A DNA stretch of 64,000 nucleotides from NCBI RefSeq assembly GCF_009914755.1, contig NC_060932.1. The stretch is one strand, 5' to 3'. This document shows, one piece after another, positions 28,558 through 45,154 of the stretch. Origin of the DNA: the human T2T-CHM13v2.0 reference genome, Homo sapiens. Numbering within the stretch: the first letter of the stretch is position 1; each line of letters opens with the position of its first letter. Below the pieces are notes generated by a model. It saw only the letters and a program-made list of their open reading frames with translations. It had not been told where the DNA came from and ran no database searches. The position numbers and the translations under genes were made by a program.

Positions 28558-29106
28558 AATCATGCCTTATCTAAAGGAGCAATTACTTCCTAGCTCCTGC
28601 CAACTGTTTCCCCATGGAAATAAGCACTCAGGTTAGCTAAATATTCTTTTTTTCAAAAGAAATGGAAAAATCCAGATTGTCTTCTGATTTTTCAATGTCA
28701 GCAACTATTAAAATAAAAAAAAAATTCCCAAAATAGTGAAGAACAAACAAATCTCATTTGCACTTCCGAATTGGCCTTGGAGCCACTGATTTACAAACTC
28801 CTAAACTGTGTACTGTTTGTCTCTCTCCAGAGGATCTGTGGCTCATGGCTGTTTATCTCTGTGTCCCTCCCACCTTCATAGCCTCAAGATGGGCCCCCTA
28901 ACCAGAGACTCCATCTCTCAACACTGGCTTGGGTCAGGAGTCTGCCACTAACTGGCTGCCCAACCTTGTGCCTCACCTCACTTCCCGTAACTGCTGAATG
29001 GGGGCACCAATATCTACCTTGGCTGCCTCAGTGGCTGGTGTAGGGCTTGTTTCAAACAACTGTGTGTCTAAAGAAGCAATTTGTAAGGAATGAGGTGATA
29101 CAAAAA

Positions 29107-29849
<743 letters not shown>

Positions 29850-29853
29850 AAGA

Positions 29854-29900
29854 TTAAGTCGGTGCAAAAGTAATCGCAGTTTTTGCCATTAAAAGTAATG
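29854..29900 (+). mobile_element. Half MADE1 (Hsmar1 MITE): one TIR plus spacer
   Basis: TTAAGTCGGTGCAAAAGTAATCGCAGTTTTTGCCATTAAAAGTAATG matches the recalled left half of MADE1. Confidence 0.88.
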
Positions 29901-30198
29901 CTTATAATATAAGCATTATTTATACCATTTAATACTTATATAGGCAGAATTATCATGGCCTCAACATTGAATCCTTTAGTAGTACATCTTGTGGAGCTTT
30001 GTAACTCATGGGTCATCGGGCTGCTGGCTAATCTAGCTCATAAAGACCCCTCCCTGAAACCACTACATGGTCCTTAAACCATAATAACTGTGAAGTCACC
30101 ACCATCCCGGAAGAGTTACTTAAATCTTGCATTATTGTTTAATATTCTCATTTCCCTCCTGGTGATGAATTCCCAAAGGTGGTGAGCCCTTCACTCAG

Positions 30199-30398
30199 CA
30201 GCGGTCCTGGAAAGTTCATCCTCAAAATGCCAGTTTCAGAACCACCTAGATCACGTCCTAAAGATTCCAAATCTCAGGCCATGCCCTAGACTTAGTGAGT
30301 CAACAGCCAGGCATGGGAAGGGTGGGAGGAATTGAGAATCAGTTTTTTGAACAGATTGAGCAAGGTGCCTGCTATGCACACCAAAACTTGAAGAACGT
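30199..30398. mobile_element. MER5A-like DNA transposon
   Basis: CAGAACCACCTAG...CAGGCCATGCCCTAGAC...TATGCACACCAAAACTTGAAGAAC. Confidence 0.6.
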
Positions 30399-32813
30399 CA
30401 ACATGAGAAGGGGGTTAAGGGGCCTTGAGCCACACAGCCTGGGGCTGATTTTCAGCCCTGCTCTTCCTCATCAATTAGAATCTTAAGCAAGTTTAAGGTC
30501 TGTAACTTTTAGTTTTCTTATCTGTAAAATGAAGGTCGTGAGCATGGCTCATCAAGGAGTTGTGGTAAAAGAGGGTTTAGATGAGATTATGCATGCAAAT
30601 CACCCAGCATAGTTGCATAATAAATTCTGGATATTGTAAATATGATGGGGATGGTGGTGAATGATAATGGTAATGATGACCCTTTCCCCTAAGTACATGG
30701 CCCAAGGGCCCCCATATTTAGAACTATGTGAGCCTTCCGGGTGGTCTTCCCAGAACTAATTTATCATTCAATGGGGTGAGGCACTCACTGCAAAATTCTA
30801 ATCAGATCATGTTGAATTAACAGAATCCATATCACCTTCTCAAAGGAGGAAAATATAGAAAATGAAAAGATAATGGTGACTATCTCTTTATTTGGGCCTT
30901 CCAAGACTATTAAAAGACTTTGGTATATGTTCTTCTTTAAAAAAGAAAAAAATAGTAAATTTGACTTTGTTAGTCCTCTGCTTAGTCATTTGTGTCAGCA
31001 TGGCACACAGTGGCCCACAAGACCCACGCCTTCCTACCTCTCCCATCTTGCCTCAGCCTTCTTCCTTTAAACATGTGCAATTTCCCAATAATGGTACAAC
31101 GTTAACCCCCAATGCCTTTCTGCATGCTGCTCCCTGTGTCTCCAATGTCCTTCCCCTCCCCTAGCCCACCACATCATCTGTAGCACTCCTGTTCAACCTG
31201 CAAGACTCAGCCTAATCATCACCTCCTCTGTGAAGCCTTCTCTGATTCCCTTGCTTCACCACCATCGTTTCTATAGCAAAGTTCTTCATCTCCTTCTCTG
31301 TGCCATCTTCTTTTCAATACATACCCTGCATAGCATAAATGTCAGGGACATCAGATGGCCTGGGTTTAAATCCCAGGACTATGACTTACTAGCTGTGTGA
31401 CCTAATCTCTCTGGGTCTCAGTTCCCCCATCAATATAATATGAATTGTTACAAACCTTAAGTGAGGTGATTCTTAAGTATCAAACATGGTTCCTGGAACT
31501 CAGTAAGCAACTAACAATATCCACTACTCTTATTATTATTCTTCAGAATGGTCCAAAAATACAAGTAAGGTAATCTCTTCCTTTTGATCTCCAGACATCC
31601 ACAGAAAACTTATAGAGACAGTCGATAATTACATGGGTGAACTATAGGGGCTCAGACTTGGGAGGAACCTCAGAGATAATTTGGCCTAACTCAGTTTTAA
31701 CCACAATAAGACAATATCACTGTGACTTGGGATGGAAGCCAGAGGGCTCCGTTTATGTGACTGAGGGACCCAGAACAAGATAAAACACTTCGCAAACCCT
31801 ATCCTCACAATGTCCTTGAGAAACAGGTCGAAGCTAAGAACCCAGGGCCTCAATTTCTAGATGAAAAACCTGAGTCACAGGGCTGCGTGACCAGCAAGGA
31901 GGGTCAGCACCTCTATGGCCATCCAGGCCACTCTTCCATGCTATCCATTGACAATCGCCAGACGAGGAAGCTGTTTGGGTCCCCAAAGTGCTGTCCTTAT
32001 GGGAAATGAATGTGAGGTGATAAGCGTTAGGTTATAGGAACGAGGTAATGTTCAGGTTTTTGTTGTTGTTCTTAAGTGTTCACCATTTATGGTGAGCATT
32101 TGTTTCCTTTAATTTCAGAAAAGCCCAGTCATGAGAATAGGCAATGAAGCATTCAGGAGGCAGCATAGCTTTGTAGAGAGTAGGGCAAGTTTCAAATCGG
32201 TGGGGTCCAGGGCTCACCTGTTTGTCACTAGCTAGAAGAACTCTGACAGATCTGTGAGCTCTGAAAGCTTCATCTTCATCAGTAAGGTGTGGGCAATGGT
32301 AATGCCTCCCTTATGGGGCTGTCATCACCACCCTAGGTGATATATACAGAACTCCTGGCCCATAATGAGCACTCTATAAATACTACTATGCCATGATAGG
32401 AGCTGGTTGGAAAACTGTAAATATAAACTCTCCAGGAGGAAGTGCAAAGTGTTTTCAGAGACCAGCTGAGTGTTAAATCGTCCCTAAGGGAACAGACATT
32501 CCTTAGACACCTGCTTTGTACCAAGCCCTGCGCTAGCACTCTACATATGTACCTGCATCTCTGTACCCTCCATTCCAGGTACAGCACCTTGGAAGCAGTC
32601 AGTAAATACTTATTGGTTGTATGTATGTATGTATACAGGAATGAACAAACAAATTTATTTAATCCTGACAATATTGCCAGATAAATATTGTCATCTTCAT
32701 TTTATAGATTAAAAGAACAGAAGCTTTGAGTGGTAAAATCATTTCTCTAAAGTCATAGGGTTAGTAGAGTTAATCAGCGAACCACATGAGGCCTCTCTTA
32801 ACAATGTTTGTAA

Positions 32814-33274
<461 letters not shown>

Positions 33275-34228
33275 TCAGAGCACGCAGGGATTATGGACTG
33301 CATTAAGGACTTTGGATTTTGTTCTAGGCACAATGGAAAGCTTTTAAAGCGTTTTACACAGAGGAAGGACGTGATTCCAATTTCATCTTGGTGGTGTTGC
33401 CAAGAATGGCCTGGAGGAGGGGGACAGGTAGGGAATCCAGAAGGTGATCATAGCTAATGCCCAGGCAAGAGAAGCTGTGGCTTAGTCCCAGGCTGAGGCA
33501 GGTGAGATGTAGTAGAGTGGACAGTCTGGGGAAATATGTGTTCATTGCAGCCAGTAGACCACGCTGACAGATTGGTGTGGCAGGTTAAGGAAAAGAACAA
33601 TATGAAACTCAGCCTTCTGGCTTGAGCCACTCCCTGAGACTTTAAAGCCGAGATCAGAAGCAGGTGGAGAGAAGATCAAGAATCTAGTTGGGGAATTTCA
33701 AGGTGGAAAGGCTTGAGAGATATCGCAGTGGAGTGCCTGGATGAGATCCGACTTGGAGAATTCTTCACATGGGGTACCATTTAAAGCTGTGGGAATGTAT
33801 AAAATTACCATGGCTTCAAGTGGAGGACAGAAAAGTGGTAAATATAACATGAGAAGTAGAGCAAGCCTGAGGAAAACCAATATTTAAAAGCTGGGTAGAA
33901 GAGAAGGAGAATAAGAAGGAGTAATTAATGACCAAGGAAGAAAACCAGGAGAATAAACTTGTATTGATTCAAAGGACAGAGAAGCTTAGAATTAGGAGGT
34001 CAGGTCTGGTTCAACTGCTTCATTTTCATATGGGAAACTATAGCCCAGATAGGGGAAGTGACTCACCCAAGATGGTACAACTAGATAACCTCAGAAGAAC
34101 TTTCTAACGATGAGCAGTACTGCCCAGCAGTGAAATAGACTTTCTCCTCAGGCAGTGGACTCCTCACTATGAAAGGACACAAATAAAAGCTGAAAGGTAC
34201 AGCTGGATGCTAGAGAATAATTGTGGGG

Positions 34229-34380
34229 TTTTTTTGTTGTTTTGCTTTTTTTTCTTCTTCTTTTTAGAGACGGAATCTCACTATGTGGCAGAGGCTGGTC
34301 TTGAACTCTTGGGCTCCAGTGATTTGCCTGTCTCAGCTTCCCAAAGTGCTGCGATTACAGGCATGAGCCACTGGCCAGCT
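34229..34380 (-). mobile_element. FLAM / free left Alu monomer
   Basis: single left arm with T-rich tail; TSD AGAGAATAATTGTG (34212-34225) / AGAGGATAATTCTG (34381-34394). Confidence 0.9.
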
Positions 34381-34656
34381 AGAGGATAATTCTGTGTGTG
34401 TTTGGGGTGAGGGGCGGTAGCCGTGGAGGGAAGATTTTCCCTAGGCAGAAGGTTGTAGAAAAGGTGACCCTCCGGTATGGCTAGTATACTTTGTATCTCA
34501 GGATTCCCAAGGTCTATTTATTAGCACATGAATGGAAAGATAAAAACTCGTAAATGTAAACAATCATTTGATGAAAAAAGAGGAGAGAAAACAAATCCAT
34601 TTACAAAACACATACATTGCAGAAGTTTCTTGCTGAGGCTCTCTAACTATGCCAAG

Positions 34657-34719
34657 AAAGAGATAAAACGTATCAGCAGACTTCCATAAAGAGATAAAAT
34701 GTTATCAGCCGACTTCCAT
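34657..34719. repeat. 31/32-bp tandem duplication
   Basis: AAAGAGATAAAACGTATCAGCAGACTTCCAT / AAAGAGATAAAATGTTATCAGCCGACTTCCAT. Confidence 0.9.
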
Positions 34720-34820
34720 AGGGTTCCCTTCCTCTGTGGATTCTTCATGACAACAAAGTATCAAGAGCTTGAAGATGGAAGAGTCTGCATATCCCTCATT
34801 TAGTAGACCACAGTGTGAGT

Positions 34821-35002
34821 GCCAGATCCCCCCACCACCCCTGGGAGCATAGGTCTACCTTCCCCACCAGGACCCATGGGCCAGATCTCACCACCACACC
34901 TGGGAGCACAGGTCTACCTTCCCCACCAGGAACCATGGGCCAGATCTCACCACCACCCCTGGCAGCACAGGTCTACCTTCCCCACCAGGACCCATGGGCC
35001 AG
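34821..35002. repeat. 59-bp minisatellite, 3 copies
   Basis: units start at 34821, 34880 and 34939: GCCAGATCTCACCACCACCCCTGGGAGCACAGGTCTACCTTCCCCACCAGGACCCATGG, 1-3 differences per unit. Confidence 0.97.
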
Positions 35003-36599
35003 GGTTTCTGTGTGGGCATTTGCACGACAGAGTGTGAAGCCTTTTGTAAACATTACCTTCATGACTTATTTACAAGGCACTGGGTAGAGCAATCTGCCCC
35101 CAGTGCTTGGAGGGAAGAGAGGAAAGATAAGGTCACAGAGAGAGCACTCAGAGGCAAACCCACAAAAAACCCTCAGAATATTTGAGGGAGGGGCTATGTA
35201 CTTCTCCCACTTTTATTCTCTCTGCCGCCACTTCTCCAACATTCATACTGGCTTTCTGTTTCTCCCTTCCCTCTCCTTCCTCCCCTTACCCTCTCTCAGC
35301 CCTGCCTGCCTTGCCATTTGGCCACTCTGTTTAGTCCGAGATGCTGGGAGCCACTATGGCCTCCAAATAATAAGGGTCTTGTGGCCCCTAACATGAAGGA
35401 AGGGGGTACAGGTGGGTACAGATGGAGGAAAATTGTACACAAGGGTGCAAGAACCACAGGGGAATCACGCTAGGGGCAGAAACTCTATTTTCTCCCAAAA
35501 GTAACAATACAGGATGTGGAGGAGGAGGAAACTGAGGAAGAATTGCCGAGTGGAATAAGAGCAAGAGCTGGTCAGCGGTTTACAGGAGGAGTCTCAGGTG
35601 GCACAGGGATTCGGGCTGAGGTGCTGTGATACTAGGGTAACCCCAATCTGCACAGTCGTGTGGCATCCTCCAATAGTGCTCAGAAGCCGGAGTGCTGGAG
35701 GAGAGGGCTGTAGCAGTGACCACATTTGGGGTTTGGCTGAATGCTTCTGGCAGGAGGGTCAGAGCTCCACAGAAGCAGGAGCATCAATAAGAGAATTATT
35801 TTGGTGATCAACCAAGTGGCCTAAGTTAAAAGGGAAGCTGTGAATCCAGTAGCCACTGACTAATGGGGAGAAGATGGAGGGGAAAGCAGGAAGGAGGCAG
35901 ACAGGAGGAAACTGGTGTCAAAGCAAGGGATATTGAATGCGAAGTCTTCAGAGATGAAACCAGGCAGTGCTGACATTCGCCAGAGTATGGCTACAGGGTA
36001 GGGTGGCTGAGGTGGAGCGGGGATGAAGGTCACCAGAGTTGGCAATGTGAGGAATGAAAAAGCAATGATGCTACTGTGTACAGTCAATGTTCTCAGGGAC
36101 ACTGAGGTCAGTCATGAAGACAAAAAAAAAAAGTGAGGTAAGAGAAAGATACTGAGCCAGGACCCAAGTCGCCAGGGAATGCTGGGGAAGGAACAACCAC
36201 AGCTGGGAAAGGCAGAGGCGTTTACTGGATGGCACAAGCCTCAGAGGAGAAGGCAGCACCATAGGGAAAAGGAGCAACAAGTCGGAAAAAAGCAACAAAA
36301 GACCAAAAGCTGCAATGAGGAGCTGTGAGGGAGCCAGTCAGCCCTGGAATCCACCCACAGCCTGGAGCAAGTGGAGCTGTGAGAGAGCAAGGGAGACAGA
36401 TGAGGGAGATGGGCCAGAAGGAGCAGGTCTCAGGAAAGAGTGCTGGCTGCTCCCTAAGGTGGGAGGAGGATGTTTCAAGCAGCGGGTGATATGGAATAGT
36501 GAGCACAGGTGAAAGGTTTGTGAGAAAGGGGGAGCAGCAAAAGCAGAAGGCAGAGGAAAATGAGGAGTGCACCAAACACACAGAGGTCCAGAAAACCTA

Positions 36600-36949
<350 letters not shown>

Positions 36950-37032
36950 TCAATATTTAAGAGACTTTAATGAGAGATGTACGGACATTATGTGATTTTT
37001 ATAAAAGTGTTTTTGTCAAAAAATCAAAATCA

Positions 37033-37452
37033 CAACCCAATTGTCCCATCCACCAATGAATGGATAAGCAAAATATGTCAGTCACACAATGAAATTCTGA
37101 TACCTGCCACGACATGGATGAATCCTGAAAATATTATGCCAAGTGAAATATGCTGAACACAAAAGGACAAATACTGTATGATTCCACTTAAAGGATACAC
37201 CTAGACTAGTCAAATTCGTAGAGACAGAAAGTAGACTGGTGGGTGCCGGGGCTGGGGGAGCAGAGAATGGGAGTTGTTGTTTACTGGATGCAGGGTTTCT
37301 GTTTGGGATGATCAACAAGATCAACAAGTTCTGAAAGTAGATGGTGGTGATTGTTGTACATTGCAAATATACTTAATGCCAGTGAAATATACACTTAAAA
37401 CAGTTTAGATGGTAAATTGTGTGTTACATATATTTTGTCATAGTAAAAAAAA
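37033..37452 (+). mobile_element. L1MB 3' end fragment
   Basis: ACATGGATGAATCCTGAAAATATTATGCCAAGTGAA...GTAGAGACAGAAAGTAGA...CACTTAAAA + A tail. Confidence 0.9.
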
Positions 37453-38395
<943 letters not shown>

Positions 38396-38414
38396 GGGAG
38401 AAAATGGACTTTTG

Positions 38415-38740
38415 GTGGACTAAAACCAAGTAGAAGATATTTTAATGGGCATATATATAAATCCTATGTTTGGGCTCAGAATGAAGAAGGGATACCAGGT
38501 GTCAAGAATTTACACAAAAATGATCTGGGATTTAGTTGGCCCTGAGATCTGCATGAACTAGTAAAGTGGGGTATCTACTACAAAAGTTAATCCCACCTTA
38601 GGCCAAGAGCACAACAGGATCCTCTGTGTTTAGGTTTGCTAAGGAATGTCTGGAATAGTGTGCTCAATTCTCAACCCCAGAATTTATAGAAGACATTGTC
38701 AAACTATAAACTATTTACTGCCAAGTTCAGCAGAGAGAAA
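38415..38740 (+). mobile_element. CR1/L3 RT relic
   Basis: translation LE*CAQFSTPEFIEDIVKL resembles CR1 LEYCVQFWAPHFKKDIDKL; upstream GATCTGGGA (DLG). Confidence 0.65.
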
Positions 38741-39030
38741 AGAAGACTTAGTTAAGGACACAGTGGTGAGCATTCCAGGGAGGCAACTTTTGGCTAAATA
38801 CAGGGATTTGTGCCATATCAGGAAGTAGCATGAGATATCACAGTACTCTTCAACATTTTTCACTCCATTATCCCGAAGAGCAGAGAAGGAGGATAAATAT
38901 GTCACCTGAGGTAGCAGCACAGACTGGAAAAGTCTCAGAAATTTGTCTAGTCTTTAAAAATTATATGAATTTGCATTCTAGGTAATAATACTTTAAGCTG
39001 GTAAAGATGATGTTCTAGAAGTATGCAGTC

Positions 39031-39381
<351 letters not shown>

Positions 39382-39634
39382 CTAGCATACTATGCCATAA
39401 TAAGGTGTAAAAGGAAACTTACTCCAGGGAGAGACACATAAAGGGGTGAATAGAGCTCCAGCATTCATAGCTCTATGCCCCTCAGTGAGTGATTTTACCT
39501 CTTTGAGCCTCAGTTTTACTCATCTGTAAAACGAGATTATTTACATGTACCTAATAGGTTTAATGTATGGATGTCAGATTCTCTACAGAACAATTACAAC
39601 TATCATTTATTGAGCATTTGCTATGAATCCTATA

Positions 39635-40287
39635 AAGTCACTTCTGTTATGCTGCTTCTTTTGAAAACGTGAAATTGTTCCAGCACAATTGATACAATAG
39701 GAAACAATTTGAGCACAACATACATTTCATGTTTGCTTATGCAATATTTCATCTGTGAGAAAAACTAGGTGCACCCAGCTGAACCGAATTATGTAGGAGT
39801 ACACAAAACACACCTCAAACATCTCCCAGTCACCTCAGCTGGGATGTTGTATATTCAGCATAATACACAAAGGTGTGTGTTATGAACCACACCCATCCAC
39901 ATCTGGTATAACAACTTTCCATCTGATTTCAAATAACTCTTCTATCACAACTTCTCAATAACTCACAAGGTACAACCCTTCTGACACTCACTTATACAAG
40001 TAAACTTTGAATTATTCCTAGTAAGATAAAGTGCAATATTTTTGAATATTTATGTATTTTTAAACTAATGTGGAAAACTGTGCTACCATTTTATTTGGGG
40101 TATATATATATATATTTGAGGTATATATATGCACCAAATTAATTAAAAAGTGTATGATTAAATATATATATATATAAAACTCGTGACATTTTTGAGTATT
40201 TTCCCCTCACCCCATTCTCTCCATAAGCCCCGTGGCTTTTGCGTGACTTTTAGGAACACATGTGAAGTACTATAGCAGAACTGGCTG
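39635..40287 (+). mobile_element. MER82 (TcMar-Tigger), full length, inserted in a MIR
   Basis: TIRs AAGTCACTTCTGTTAT / ATAGCAGAACTGGCTG; TA 5' flank; TTTTGAAAACGTGAAATTGTTCCA and GCACCCAGCTGAACCGA match the recalled MER82 consensus. Confidence 0.88.
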
Positions 40288-41799
40288 TGCGAAGCAATTT
40301 GCATGCTTTCAGTTGTCCCAATAACTCAGGGAAATGGATGTTATTATCCTCACATTGTAGGTACTCAGTAAATGACAGCTGCTGCTATTACTAATAATAA
40401 TTGAATAAGTCCAGCATTGGGGAAAGGCCTCTTGTCAGTTACTATGGCACTTTTACTTATTGATGGTCAAGCAGTTGAATGATGGACAATACGTTTTTGG
40501 TGGGCAATGTAGTCCCTTCTATTTCTCATGGTCTCCAGTTCTGGACTCTTTCGGCCAGGAGTGTCTATCAGAGGCCTCAGTTGGCCAGCCCCTCCCCGGC
40601 TGCCATTTACCCACCAGACAGGTCAGGCAAGCCCATGCCCTGGCTGTTCCCTGTTCAGTCATGGGAGGTGTCTTCTTAATGCTCCCTTTCCTCTGTGACT
40701 CAGTACCTTCACTGAAAGATCAACTGATCAATTTGCTCGAGAAGCTTATTACAGTTCGGCCAAATACTTTCTATAAAATCTGCATAATTACTTGTGGCCC
40801 AGATGTCTGGAACATCTGTCACTTCCTGCCCTGTGTTCTCTGTGAAATGAAGGCCTAAAATGAGTCACTGGAAGCTTCATGTCACGGATGAGGGTTTGCC
40901 TTAGATGTCCTCCCAGGTCTTTGCAATTCTTGGTGTCTAATTCTACAGGTTTCCCTTCTGGATAGCTTGTCTTTTTTTTTTTTTTTTTTTTAATAAGTTA
41001 CTTCTTGAAATCAAAAGCTAAGAAGCACATTTATTCTTCAGTCAATACATTAGATTGAGAATCTCCTCTGTGTTGGGTGCAGCACAAGATACTGGGGATA
41101 GAGCTGGAGGCAGCCCAGATGCAATCCACCATTCATCCACATGGAGCACACAGACAGTTGGATTCATAGAAATAACCTAACACAGGTCTACATATTTTAG
41201 ACATGCTTTCAAATTAAATTTTGAGAAAGATGCCCACAATTCATCTCTTCACTCAGATTTCTAGGGCATAAGAAAAATAGCAAGTTAAAAATCTCAGCTT
41301 TGCCACTTTATAGATTTATCACCTTGAATAATGTGATTACCCTCTCTAAGCCTCAGTTTGGTCATCTGGACATGGGAACTCTGTAGATATGGAAGAGTTG
41401 CTACATGGGATTACAAAGCATATGTCATATAAATAGCCAGAACAGCAGTACATGCTTTTCTCTTTCTTTCAACTCTATAGCCCTTAGCCTTCAAGGTAGC
41501 TAGCGCTTAGCCCAGGGGGCTTCAAGCCACTGTTTTCTGGAAGCAAGCTCATTCATCACAGAACCCTGCAGTTACACCTAGAGCTTCACACCAGTGTTGG
41601 TCCTTGTGGTTTGGGTTTGAGGACACAGAGAAGTGGCCTTGAGCTGAGTCTAGGAGGGAAAACTTGCCAGAAGGTCTTGGCATGAGGTAGCCTCACCACT
41701 CTGCAGCCCCTCAGATTGGCCCCTTGAGGAGCCTCCAGATGTGTGGGTATGATAAAAACCAACCACATCTTAATGGAAAAAGAGGCAACCCAAGCCACC

Positions 41800-42125
41800 C
41801 ACCTTTCCCACCCACGTCTGCATTTGCTTCTCTGAAATTGAGTTTTCTTTATCCTTGTTAAATGGTCATTTTGATCCATTAATCCACTTCTTGACTGTGT
41901 GTGACAGAAATACTTAGTTGTTGGCTCATTTTTCGCCGGGGGCAAAGGGAGGGAGTGATTCTGACATCAATCAAATTCACGAAGGGTTTTTTTTTCATCG
42001 TGAAATATAATAATACTTTATATTTCCAGTATTGTCAAGAAATGAGTTGTGAACAGCCAACACAAATTAAAAGCAGTAGCTGTAGGTTTTGGTCCAGGCA
42101 AATTAATATGCAAGAGAACACCAAG
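41800..42125. promoter_or_regulatory. Candidate enhancer-like repeat-free block
   Basis: TGACAG 41902-41907; ACATCAATCAA 41964-41974; ATTAATATGCA; retained CpGs; motif-only evidence. Confidence 0.3.
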
Positions 42126-43144
42126 ATGAGGTGTGGCCCCACATAAGTGACTTTTCCCGAGGATTTGCCTGAGCTGCATTAAAAAATATTGAATGTACTA
42201 CATGCTAGAAACTTTACATATATTATTTCTGACCTCTCAACATCCCCTGGAAATAAGAATTATTATCCCCAGCTTACAAATAAGGAAACTGAGGCCCAGA
42301 GAGGTTAACAACAAAAAATCCTCACTGGCCCCCTTTTCAGGATTATCTTTTCTGACTTGGTTGAGTATCCATGGAATTTGGTTTTCATCGAAATTGTGTT
42401 TATTGATACCTTTCTCTTTTTGTTAAATGCCTATCTCTCCTCCTCCATCCACAACAGCCAAGAGCGCAAGGATGCTATTTGTGTTACGTATTTGGTCAAC
42501 AAACATGTGAGTCCCCAGGGTGTTAAGCTCTAGGCCAGCTTCTAGGAGTCTCAGTGGTGACCACAACAGCTTCAGGCTCTCAGGAGCTTACAGGCCAGCA
42601 CTCAACCCTGTAACCTCAGCTTCTAGCTGAGTGCCTGGCACACCACAAACATTCAATCGATATGACATTGAGTGCATGAATCCATGAGGTGAGAGTCAGA
42701 TCAGCCTACTCCTGAATCCTGATGCACCCAAGCCTCCCTTATGGTGCCTCCTACATGTCCTTCACAGTGTCCTTTACATCAGGCTATTTCCTCCTGCTTT
42801 GTTCTCACTGTCTCATCTGTCTCCTTTACAACCCAGACATGTGCCAAACCAAACAAGCCTTAATCAAGCAATGCCCTATCAGATCCTTTGAACCCACCCC
42901 ACCTGGATGGCAAAGCCCATCTCATTGAAAGTTCCACCCAAAAAGCCACCTCCTCGGAGAAGCTTTCCCCAACCCTCCATTGCAGACCAAGATCATTCTC
43001 CTGTGCCATCATGAAGCACCTGGCTTATACCTGGATTTAGGTACATATCAAACCATGCTGGCATTATTTTCATGCTGCCGTTGCAACTAGGCTGTGAGAT
43101 CTTTGAGGGTAGACTCCACAAGTTGCTCATTTTTGTGTCATCTT

Positions 43145-43691
43145 GTATTTGTTAGGAAACTTCAACACCAAGTAATAGAAAACCCAACTAATAGTTTAAA
43201 CAGCAAAGACCATTATCTCACAGAAAAAGAAACTTTGGGATGTGGAGGCTTCATTTGGAACCTCCATGAACACTTCAAAGAACCTGCACTTTTCATTGTC
43301 CCACTCTGTCCTCCCCATTAGCAATGTTTTTTCTTATGTTTCCAAGATGGTAGCCACAGTTTCAGGCATCACATGTAGACACAACAGAAGCAAAGGGAAC
43401 ATGAGGAGAATAGGGACACGTCCCCTCTCTGATGTCTCTTTTAGAGATGAAAAACACTTTCTCGGTCATTCAAGCTCAATTCCCCTCATACCTATGAGCC
43501 AGAAGTGTGTCATATGTCCATACATAAAGTAGTCTTGAGCAAAGAGAATGAGACCACCTTGATGGCTGAGACCAATTATTTCTTTCCTCCAGAAACACAA
43601 GGCTTCGGTGGAGAGTGAACAAAATCAGAGCTTTCTTCACAAAGGAAAAGAGTGAGGAATGAATGAAGTTGACAACCCAGTGACATCTGCA
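43145..43691 (-). mobile_element. MLT1K/L-like solo LTR
   Basis: CAAGTAATAGAAAACCCAACT...CCAAGATGGTAGCCACAGTTTCAGGCATCACAT. Confidence 0.7.
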
Positions 43692-44277
43692 ATTCCCTTG
43701 TGACTTTTTACTTGCCAGACTCACTCTTCTCCTAAGTAGCACAAAGGAATTGTTGCTTACGGTAGATCTAGGTAAAAACTGGCTGGATTTTTGGAGGAGT
43801 TACCAGGTCATCTGTAGCTGGCCTTTCTCTATGCAGACCCAATACCACCTAGATCCTTCTGCTCAGCGTGGGCTAGTGCTGTGAATTCATTCATTCACTC
43901 ATGGAAGCATGTTGATTTCTATCACCTACCAGCCCATCAAGTAGGTGCTAGGGATATAGCAAATAAGCCACAGATCCTATCCTCAAGTGCCTCTGTTATT
44001 GCTCAGTCTCATTTGTTTTTTCTTCCAAAATATGAGATAGGCAGAGAAGATGTTCCTTTTGTACAGAAAATGATATTGAGTTATGAATTAGCAATGTGAT
44101 ATTCCTGCTAACACAGAAGCTCACCTCAGAAAGAAATGGTCAGAAATGTAAACAGCCAACTCTAAGCCTAATTCTCATTCCAGTCAGCTGCAGACCATGA
44201 CCCCACTAGAGACCTATTCCATGGGACAAGGTAGCAAATGAGGCAAAACACTAGTGCCTGTGTTCTCCATTCCCCAA

Positions 44278-44830
<553 letters not shown>

Positions 44831-45154
44831 TCATTACGTAATTATTGAGTATCCACTATGTGGCATGCACTACATAGTTTTGAGCAAAACAAACACGGTC
44901 CCTACCCTCCATGGACTTTATAAAGTAGTGGAACTAAATTCCGTATCACCAAGAACAGTGCTCACTGGGGTAATAACTACTAACATAAAAAGTCATGGTT
45001 GACTTGAGTGTTTTTGTAGCTAATTACTTAAGTTGATCTCCACAGGTATGGTCATCAACCCATCCATGGTGACACAAATGAGAATCAAGTTCAGGACTAT
45101 CTTCCTGAGATTATTAGTATCTACATGAACCATATGTTTCCAAATATCCTTTGA

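Noticed and set aside
34821-35002. Possible CRISPR-like array
   Set aside because: Units are contiguous with no unique spacers; it is a minisatellite.
41275-41290. AAATAGCAAGTTAAAA, identical to part of the SpCas9 sgRNA scaffold (a shorter match GAAATAGCAAGT lies near 55551)
   Set aside because: Short AT-rich matches with no flanking scaffold, repeats or cas genes; chance in human DNA.
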